64,000 bases of DNA from positions 9,941 to 73,940 of the forward strand of contig JAOMCN010000006.1 in the NCBI GenBank assembly GCA_028345065.1, in the 5' to 3' direction. The first letter of the stretch is position 1. Every line of letters starts with the position of its first letter. This document shows, piece by piece, positions 57,534 to 64,000 of the stretch. Below the pieces are notes generated by a model. The model made no database searches and had not been told where the DNA came from. It saw only the letters and a program-made list of their open reading frames with translations. The translations under genes were made by a program, and so were the position numbers. This DNA is from Rhodospirillales bacterium. Its GTDB lineage: Bacteria; Pseudomonadota; Alphaproteobacteria; Rhodospirillales; UBA2165.

Positions 57534-58085
57534 TCAGGTAGCTGCTGATCCGAGACGCCCACCAGAAGCACCAAAGCCCCCGCGAGAGAGGGTTGAGCGC
57601 TTCATAGAAGGACGTCTGCCGGCTGAGCTGGCAACTTGAGTTCTACCGGTCTTAGAGCTCACTTTCCTGTTGTCTGCCGTGCGGTAACCTTTGGGATCAT
57701 CTGCCGCACGGTAAAGTGGCTGGGGAAAAATTGAGCTTCGCCTGCCGCCCGAATTCATCATGCTTCCCATCATATAGCCCATCATTAAGGGCATAAAAAC
57801 AGAACCCCCACTCCTCGTCTGGTAAGGCGCTTGTTCACACCTCCCGGCTCCGAATTCGCCCTCACAATCATTTTTAGAAGTGAACTTTGGTGCCACCTCA
57901 GCGTGTTGGCTACGTGCTTCTTTATAGCCTTGTTCACATTGTTCACGTGTCGAACCGGAATTATCAGTACATTGTTGTAGGCTAGAAAATATCTCCGCAT
58001 CTACTTTTGGTTCATCACATGCGGAAAGTGCTATAGCGCTGACGCTCATTACTGCAGCAGCGGAAATTGAGTTCCAGCGTTTCAT
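57534..58085 (-). CDS. DUF1190 lipoprotein (YjfM/YgiB family)
   Basis: Lipobox ALSAC, ...QCEQGYKEA...APKF.S..DCEGEFGAGRCEQAP...FMPLMMGYMMG...LSRGGFG parallels E. coli YgiB/YjfM. Confidence 0.85.
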   Translation of the reverse strand: MKRWNSISAAAVMSVSAIALSACDEPKVDAEIFSSLQQCTDNSGSTREQCEQGYKEARSQHAEVAPKFTSKNDCEGEFGAGRCEQAPYQTRSGGSVFMPLMMGYMMGSMMNSGGRRSSIFPQPLYRAADDPKGYRTADNRKVSSKTGRTQVASSAGRRPSMKRSTLSRGGFGASGGRLGSAAT

Positions 58086-58126
58086 ATAAATTCTCCAGAA
58101 TGGACCATCATTTTTTGTCTAATCAG

Positions 58127-58537
58127 TCAAGGGGACATACAAGCGGCGTTAAGGAGTCCACCAGTCAAAGACGTAGCCCCAAGCCAAAGTCCGCTAGAGG
58201 TCTCGCCTTTCTCAATTCTCTCGGATATTCCAGGTATGGGCAGACGAACAAGAAAAAAAATAATAATTTGGACGAGAATTGCAATTAGGCCCCAGATTAC
58301 ACAATCGGCCAGAGCCACCGAATGAGCAATTACGCTAGCCAGAGGCAGAGAAAAACCAACTAAGCTGCCTGCAAAGGCGACCGAAGCCGCCAAGTTATTT
58401 TCCCTAATCAACTTGAACTCGGGATGAGGTGTCACCCAAATGTATACAAATACATAGACTAATGTCAGCGCTGTCGCCGTTACCAAATACGCTATAAATG
58501 ACTGTATAGCGTCAAGAGAAATGCCAATGATTTCCAT
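58127..58537 (-). CDS. DUF350 membrane protein (YjfL family)
   Basis: VTPHPEFKLIRENNLAASVAFAGSLVGFSLPLAS...GGLLNAACM parallels E. coli YjfL. The ATG at 58537 (MEIIGISL) is preferred. Confidence 0.85.
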   Translation of the reverse strand: MEIIGISLDAIQSFIAYLVTATALTLVYVFVYIWVTPHPEFKLIRENNLAASVAFAGSLVGFSLPLASVIAHSVALADCVIWGLIAILVQIIIFFLVRLPIPGISERIEKGETSSGLWLGATSLTGGLLNAACMSP

Positions 58538-58682
58538 ATGATGATACCCTGAGGTGATTACGATCAAGTGAAAGCAGCAATATCATGATTAGATGTCGAT
58601 CAAAAGGAGAAAGCCCCATACTTCAACAGTGATTATGGGTGTTTTCTTATTATTCGGTGAGCCTCCTAATCAGCTAAAGGGA

Positions 58683-59093
58683 TTACCGTTTTACCTGCCA
58701 AGTCCAGCCTATCACGGCCTCAAGCCGTTTTTTGCGAACCGGATCCATGGTATTTCGAGCAATTCTCTGGCGTTCAACCCACCTCCAAAGATCAAACCCA
58801 TCTGGCGTAATATGGTTATATGGAACAGAGGCGTCACCATCCGCAGCAACAAATTCCTCCAAATGCTCAAATCCTTCTTCCCATACAAGATGATCACGAA
58901 TATTCCAGATCCAACCTTTTAAGGCTTCCAAGCGCGCCTTCCGCTCGGCATCCAATGAATTCCGAAATGTCCTTTGACGTTCAACCCACCTTCCAAGATC
59001 AAAGCCGTCAGCACACAAATGAGCCGCTGGTACCTTGGCATTACCGTTGGCGCGGACAAATTCCTCCATATGTTTAAAGCCTTCTTCCCACAT
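58683..59093 (-). CDS. Stand-alone protein made of two helicase-associated (HA, PF03457-like) repeats
   Basis: Two units: WEEGFxHxEEFV.A.G.A.VP.....DGFDL.RWVERQR....... R..RLEA..GW.W. The ATG at 59093 is preferred. Confidence 0.6.
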   Translation of the reverse strand: MWEEGFKHMEEFVRANGNAKVPAAHLCADGFDLGRWVERQRTFRNSLDAERKARLEALKGWIWNIRDHLVWEEGFEHLEEFVAADGDASVPYNHITPDGFDLWRWVERQRIARNTMDPVRKKRLEAVIGWTWQVKR

Positions 59094-59470
59094 CGAATCC
59101 AATGTACATAACCTCCAAAAAAATTTAGCTGCTAACAACTAAGCGACGTTAGTTCAATACAAATAAATTATAGAGGATAAATTGTAACCAAATTTCTCCT
59201 TATGGGCCGCATTTGATGATTGCTGTCGGATTAGATTTTGATTTATCGCGCCTATTATGAATATAAAAGTAATCAAACCAAAAATGCGGGTCCACCCTGA
59301 TTAATGGGGTAAAATACATAAATTATGATGACTTTTCATTATAGAGACCGTCGAATGGTTGCCTCTCCAATAATACCTGGTAGCTCTTGATTGTATTAAG
59401 TAATAATTATTAATACCGACAGCCTATGCGCAAATTCAAGACCAAATTTATGAAAATATCGATCTTTCCC

Positions 59471-59517
59471 TAACTATCTGTTGACGCTTTTTTAAATTGT
59501 AATACTATATCTAGTTC
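59471..59517 (+). promoter_or_regulatory. Sigma70-like promoter (TTGACG-N16-TACTAT) overlapped by two NrdR-box-like imperfect palindromes
   Basis: -35 at 59481-59486 and -10 at 59503-59508. Box B (59502-59517, atACTATATCTAGTtc) matches 12 of 16 positions of the acaCwAtATaTwGtgt consensus as I recall it. Box A (59471-59486, taACTATCTGTTGacg) matches about 9 of 16. The centres are 31 bp apart, the usual NrdR tandem spacing. Confidence 0.4.
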
Positions 59518-59624
59518 TAACTAGGCTCTAATAACTTATTTTAGAGGGGAGGATGACAGGCGTCAATCGCACGCCAAATCACATTGATATTTGCTTAAAT
59601 ACAGTGCCTTCGGCCAAATTCAGC

Positions 59625-59640
59625 AAACCAATATTGGTTT
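59625..59640. promoter_or_regulatory. Perfect 16-bp palindrome AAACCAATATTGGTTT in the nrdA leader
   Basis: Read directly. It could be a protein site or an RNA hairpin; its function is unknown. Confidence 0.3.
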
Positions 59641-59851
59641 ACAACTCCGGGATCAAATAGCGAAGACAGAGTAGAACCTCCAATTGCGTACATTTTAAAT
59701 TTTTAACTTAAGGATCTTAACACATTGAAAAATAAAACAGATTTTAACTTTGGATTCAAAAAAAATATTTCTACCCATTGGAAATGAAAACACCTGTGCA
59801 GAAAGTAAACTGGCAACAATAGGAATGTTAAGTTAACTGAGGGAGCGACAA

Positions 59852-61738
59852 TTGCTTGATTCGACCATTCAAACTTTAAAAGGACCCACAGTCCAAGTCG
59901 ACAAAAGCCGTGATGCAAAACTAACGGATTTTGGGAAAGCGACTTTAACAGACCGCTACCTCCTGCCGGGTGAAGACTATCAAGAACTATTTGCCAGGGT
60001 AGCCAGTACATATGGTGATGACACATCTCACGCCCAACGCATTTATGATTATCTGAGCAATCACTGGTTCATGGCATCAACACCGGTGTTATCTAATGGA
60101 GGGTCTACCCGGGGACTTCCAATTTCTTGTTTTCTCAATGAAAGCAAAGACAGTTTGAATGGTATCGTTGATCTTTGGACCGAGAATGTTTGGCTTGCGT
60201 CTTCTGGCGGCGGCATCGGCAGCTACTGGGGCAATCTGCGTTCCATTGGTGAGAAGGTAGGTGTTTCCGGTAAAACGTCGGGCGTCATCCCTTTTATTCG
60301 GGTAATGGATGCATTGACCCTCGCCATCAGTCAAGGTTCTTTAAGGAGAGGCTCAGCAGCCGTCTATCTCCCTATGTCCCATCCAGAAATCGAAGAATTC
60401 ATGGAAATACGTCGACCTACCGGCGGTGACCCCAACCGTAAAGCACCGAACCTTCACCATGGCGTATTAGTGCCGGATGCCTTCATGAGGGCTGTCGAAA
60501 ACGACGAAGAATGGGGCCTTATTAGCCCCAAGGACCAATCTCCTGTGCGAAAAGTTTCCGCCCGTTCGCTCTGGATCAGGTTATTAAACGCTCGTATTGA
60601 GACAGGAGAGCCATATATTATTTTCTCGGATCAGGTAAACCGGCTGATACCTGAACACCACAAGCTAGCAGGCTTATCGGTCAAAACCTCCAACCTTTGC
60701 AGCGAAATTACTCTCCCTACCGGAATTGACCACTTGGGTGAAGAACGGACCGCCGTCTGCTGTTTATCATCTTTAAATATAGAAACTTTTAAAGAATGGA
60801 AAAATAATCCGAGTTTTATAGAAGATGTTATGCGTTTTCTTGATAATGTATTACAGGATTTTATAGATAGCGCTCCCGATTGCATGGAGAGGGCTAAATA
60901 TGCTGCTATGCGAGAGAGATCGGTCGGCTTGGGCACTATGGGGCTACATTCTTTTCTACAGGCCAATTCTGTCCCCTTTGAATCGGCGTTGGCTAAGGGA
61001 TGGAATTTAAAAATTTTTCGACATATTAAGGCCGGTGTAGACGCGGCATCGTCGGTGCTAGCTGAAGAGAGAGGCGCCTGCCCAGATGCCAGTGATTACG
61101 GGATTAATGAACGCTTTTCGAATAAGACAGCCATTGCTCCAACAGCAAGTATATCGATTATTTGCGGTGGGGCATCCCCTGGGATTGAACCAATAAACGG
61201 AAATAGCTATATCCACAAAACACTCTCTGGCTCCTTCAACGTCCGGAACCGTCACCTAAAAACGCTACTCAAGAACAAAGGCAAAGATAACGAGGATATT
61301 TGGTCTTCCATCGCCGTGAACCAGGGCTCAGTCCAGCACTTAGATATTTTAAGTGATGACGAAAAATCAATCTTTAAAACTGCCTTTGAATTGGACCAGC
61401 GTTGGGTAATTGAGCTTGCCGCTGACCGAACGCCCTATATTGATCAATCCCAATCAGTAAACGTTTTCCTGTCCGCTGATATCCATAAAAGAGATCTTCA
61501 TCAGATCCACTTTATGGCATGGAAACGGGGTATGAAGAGTCTTTATTATTGCCGTTCCAAGTCAATACAACGTGCGGAGGATGTCTCTACCGAGGAGCTG
61601 CCCGAAACAAACTCCGAGGCCAGTCCCAACGTGCTTCTAGAGCCAACCACGACCAAATTAAATATACCTTTAGCCGCGCGCACGCCATCTGAATCACTTG
61701 AGAGTACTGACTATGAAGAGTGTCTCGCGTGCCAGTAA
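59852..61738 (+). CDS. nrdA: Ribonucleoside-diphosphate reductase alpha subunit, short form without ATP-cone
   Basis: STPVLSNGG..RGLPISCFL...GGGIGSYW..LR..G...SGVIPF...RRGSAAVYL...NLCSEI...; 628 aa. The catalytic core starts within about 35 aa of the N-terminus. TTG start lies 6 nt after GAGGGAG. Confidence 0.9.
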   Translation: MLDSTIQTLKGPTVQVDKSRDAKLTDFGKATLTDRYLLPGEDYQELFARVASTYGDDTSHAQRIYDYLSNHWFMASTPVLSNGGSTRGLPISCFLNESKDSLNGIVDLWTENVWLASSGGGIGSYWGNLRSIGEKVGVSGKTSGVIPFIRVMDALTLAISQGSLRRGSAAVYLPMSHPEIEEFMEIRRPTGGDPNRKAPNLHHGVLVPDAFMRAVENDEEWGLISPKDQSPVRKVSARSLWIRLLNARIETGEPYIIFSDQVNRLIPEHHKLAGLSVKTSNLCSEITLPTGIDHLGEERTAVCCLSSLNIETFKEWKNNPSFIEDVMRFLDNVLQDFIDSAPDCMERAKYAAMRERSVGLGTMGLHSFLQANSVPFESALAKGWNLKIFRHIKAGVDAASSVLAEERGACPDASDYGINERFSNKTAIAPTASISIICGGASPGIEPINGNSYIHKTLSGSFNVRNRHLKTLLKNKGKDNEDIWSSIAVNQGSVQHLDILSDDEKSIFKTAFELDQRWVIELAADRTPYIDQSQSVNVFLSADIHKRDLHQIHFMAWKRGMKSLYYCRSKSIQRAEDVSTEELPETNSEASPNVLLEPTTTKLNIPLAARTPSESLESTDYEECLACQ

Positions 61739-61771
61739 AGTGTAAACAAAATAAATTGAAGGTCTAGAAAC

Positions 61772-62731
61772 GTGTCACTACTCGACGCAAACCCAGTTTA
61801 TAAACCCTTCACCTATCCTTGGTGTTATGATGCTTGGTTAACTCAGCAACGTGTACATTGGTTGCCGGAGGAAGTGCCTCTGGCCGACGATGTTAAGGAC
61901 TGGCATCATAAACTGAGTAAAAGCGAGCGCCATTTGATGACACAAATTTTTCGCTTTTTTACTCAATCCGATATCGAAGTAAATAACTGCTACATGAAGC
62001 ATTATTCCCAGGTCTTCCAGCCTACGGAAGTTCAGATGATGCTTGCAGCCTTCTCCAATATTGAGACCATCCATATTGCAGCCTATTCACATCTCCTTGA
62101 TACAATTGGCATGCCGGAAGCAGAGTACTCTGCTTTCCTTCAATATAGGGAGATGAAGGCTAAGTACGACTACATGCAGCAATTTGGTGTCGATACCAAA
62201 AAAGACATCGCATTGACACTAGCAGTCTTTGGCGCGTTCACAGAAGGGCTTCAACTTTTTGCTAGTTTTGCGATTCTATTAAATTTTCCTAGATTCAATA
62301 AGATGAAAGGCATGGGACAAATCGTCACCTGGTCTGTAAGAGATGAAAGTCTACATTGCGCTTCACTGATTAAACTCTTTAAAACATTTATATCGGAGAA
62401 TACAGAAATCTGGACACAAGACCTTCAAAATGAACTTTACAAGGCCTGTGAAACGATCGTCATCCACGAAGACGCCTTTGTAGACTTGGCATTTGAACTT
62501 GGTTCTGTTGAGGGACTAACACCTAATAACGTCAAAGATTATATAAAGTACATAGCTAACCGAAGACTAACTCAACTGGGACTGCAGCCAATTTACCAAA
62601 TAGAGAAACATCCGTTGCCGTGGCTTGACACGATGCTCAATGCGGTTGAGCACACAAACTTTTTTGAAAACCGCGCAACAGAATATTCCAAGGCTGCAAC
62701 AAAGGGTTCTTGGGAAGAGGCTTTCAACTAA
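61772..62731 (+). CDS. nrdB: Ribonucleoside-diphosphate reductase beta subunit (di-metal, Tyr-containing)
   Basis: FFTQSDIEV (Asp ligand), NIETIHIAAYSHL (E-x2-H-x3-Y), FTEGLQLFASF, VRDESLHCA. GTG start. Confidence 0.9.
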   Translation: MSLLDANPVYKPFTYPWCYDAWLTQQRVHWLPEEVPLADDVKDWHHKLSKSERHLMTQIFRFFTQSDIEVNNCYMKHYSQVFQPTEVQMMLAAFSNIETIHIAAYSHLLDTIGMPEAEYSAFLQYREMKAKYDYMQQFGVDTKKDIALTLAVFGAFTEGLQLFASFAILLNFPRFNKMKGMGQIVTWSVRDESLHCASLIKLFKTFISENTEIWTQDLQNELYKACETIVIHEDAFVDLAFELGSVEGLTPNNVKDYIKYIANRRLTQLGLQPIYQIEKHPLPWLDTMLNAVEHTNFFENRATEYSKAATKGSWEEAFN

Positions 62732-62847
62732 TAAAACATTTTCGTATTTTAGGTTTTTATAGCTCATCCACAATCAGATATATCTGTATCCGTCGTCCTT
62801 CTACATTTCGGGTTCAACTCTGGCCGGAGAAAATTTGAAGCTGCATT

Positions 62848-63621
62848 ATGCCAAATATGTCGCCTCTCCCTTCCCTAGAATTGTTCGTTATTATTACCGT
62901 GGTATTCCTTGTTTCGGGGTTCGTCAAAGGGGTTATAGGCCTTGGCCTACCTTCTGTGTCTTTAGCTCTCTTGGTAGCAACCTTGGGCCTCAAGCCTGCC
63001 ATGGCAATTTTAGTGTTGCCAGCTCTATTAACTAACGTCTGGCAGGGGCTATCCGGTGGTTTTTTAAAAGACATAATCAAGAGAATGTGGGTCTACATAA
63101 TAGCCGCCTTTCTCTGTACTTGGATTGGTGCGGGTATCTTGGCGGGTTCCAATTCCCCAATTCTTTCTGCACTTCTGGGGATGTTGTTATCTACCTATGC
63201 AGCGCTTAGCCTAACTACACCACAAATCAACCTGCCAACAAAATGGGAACCAGCGGCTGCGCCGGCAGTGGGAGCCCTCGCCGGTCTATTCACGGGCTTA
63301 ACTGGATCCTTCGTTGTTCCGGGAGTAATGTATCTACAAGCTCTAGGCTTACCCCGTGAACAGTTCATACAAGCCATGGGCATCACATTTACAATGGCAA
63401 CTGTATCCCTAGGTATCGCCCTTGGTGGACACGGTTTAATGCCGACAAACCTATTTTATCTTTCCACATTTGCCCTCGTGCCTGCTTTTTTAGGAATGTT
63501 AGTAGGTGTTTTAGTGCGTAAACAATTGAATGACACCCGCTTCCGGCAAGTATTCTTTTTCGCACTTCTCATTATGGGGCTTTATATTTTGGCACGCCCA
63601 TTATCTACTGAATACTTTTAG
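62848..63621 (+). CDS. TauE/SafE (DUF81) family sulfite/organosulfonate exporter-like membrane protein
   Basis: VSGFVKGVIGLGLPSVSLALL and a second-half repeat GLTGSFVVPGVMYL; 7-8 transmembrane helices. Confidence 0.75.
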   Translation: MPNMSPLPSLELFVIITVVFLVSGFVKGVIGLGLPSVSLALLVATLGLKPAMAILVLPALLTNVWQGLSGGFLKDIIKRMWVYIIAAFLCTWIGAGILAGSNSPILSALLGMLLSTYAALSLTTPQINLPTKWEPAAAPAVGALAGLFTGLTGSFVVPGVMYLQALGLPREQFIQAMGITFTMATVSLGIALGGHGLMPTNLFYLSTFALVPAFLGMLVGVLVRKQLNDTRFRQVFFFALLIMGLYILARPLSTEYF

Positions 63622-63635
63622 ATCCTCAATTATTT

Positions 63636-64000
63636 ATGATTTTTCAGTCACTCTCCGAGCTAATCAAATTCCTGCCAAAAAAAAGCAGGCTTTTAGGCCT
63701 TGATGTCGGGAGGAAGACTATTGGTCTCGCGGTATCTGACAGTGATATGAAGATTGCCACGACCGTTGGAACGGTCCGAAGGAGCAAGTTTACTAAGGAC
63801 GTTAAAAATTTAGACGCTATCATTACTGAAAGGCAAGTAACCGGCTTAGTGCTCGGATTACCCATCAGCATGGACGGTAACGAAGGCCCCGCGTGCCAAT
63901 CAGTACGTCAGTTTGCTGTCAATCTCGACAATATATTGGAAATTGGAATTACATTTTGGGATGAGCGCTTGTCAACTTCAGCCGTGGAACGAGTGTTGAC
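63636..64000 (+). CDS. ruvX: Holliday-junction resolvase-like protein YqgF/RuvX; 3' end runs off the window
   Basis: Absent from the track because no stop lies in the window. My translation from the ATG at 63636: MIFQSLSELIKFLPKKSRLLGLDVGRKTIGLAVSD...TGLVLGLPISMDGNEGP....RQFA...FWDERLST. Confidence 0.8.
   Translation, partial: MIFQSLSELIKFLPKKSRLLGLDVGRKTIGLAVSDSDMKIATTVGTVRRSKFTKDVKNLDAIITERQVTGLVLGLPISMDGNEGPACQSVRQFAVNLDNILEIGITFWDERLSTSAVERVL

Noticed and set aside
59526-59546. CTCTAA-N9-TTAGAG inverted repeat as the second NrdR box.
   Set aside because: Its centre is about 26.5 bp from box B rather than 31-32 bp, and it matches the NrdR consensus poorly. The upstream site at 59471-59486 fits the spacing better.
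59553-59657. 34-codon uORF (MTGVNRTPNHIDICLNTVPSAKFSKPILVYNSGIK) in the nrdA leader as a separate gene.
   Set aside because: The purine-rich tract sits directly against the ATG, which is poor spacing, and there is no homology. It is mentioned only as part of the leader finding.
59520-59851. Cobalamin riboswitch in the long nrdA leader.
   Set aside because: I could not find a B12-box-like element or the expected conserved core by eye. Only generic hairpins and a palindrome are present. A covariance-model scan is needed to exclude it formally.
1-64000. Searched for CRISPR arrays, rRNA/tRNA genes, transposases, integrases, phage genes and known defence-system genes.
   Set aside because: I saw no regularly spaced direct repeats and no cloverleaf-like or rRNA-like stretches in the intergenic regions I read. 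No ORF carries a transposase, integrase, restriction or abortive-infection signature. The G+C-rich apr block has no recognisable mobility genes or flanking repeats.

Overview
A 64-kb, gene-dense chromosomal segment with about 60 protein genes. I found no rRNA, tRNA, CRISPR array, transposase, integrase or phage genes. The gene order cysG-DUF2849-cysI-DUF934, gatCAB, ruvX and the many DMT, TRAP-like and Bug-like proteins suggest a marine alphaproteobacterium; this is inference only. Sulfur block (1.8-13.3 kb): a G+C-rich aprM-aprB-aprA dissimilatory-type APS reductase module with a co-oriented metallophosphoesterase converges on a CysJ-less assimilatory sulfite reductase operon. metY and a peroxiredoxin follow. 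A frameshifted relic of a cysI-like 3' end sits in front of cysG and shares a 25-nt exact repeat with the resident cysI. Catabolic stretch (15.7-45.8 kb): this holds ring-processing and redox enzymes (PrpF/GalD-like, LigI-like, NicX-like, a two-subunit Mo hydroxylase, VOC proteins, SDR, MaoC, thiolase). The most unusual unit is a MarR-controlled minus-strand operon: hmgA, fahA, a 1006-aa pyrogallol-transhydroxylase-like molybdoenzyme with an extra N-terminal domain, and a cytochrome P450. Remainder: core genes gatCAB, an ATP-cone-less class I nrdAB behind a roughly 330-nt leader, and ruvX. Between them lie a VOC gene cut by one in-frame TGA, a Lys-rich protein with a selected internal repeat, a yjfL-yjfM-yjfC-type cluster followed on the same strand by a translationally coupled AdoMetDC-like/DUF3326-like pair, and a stand-alone helicase-associated-domain protein. 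All family calls come from reading the translations by eye. No database search was run.
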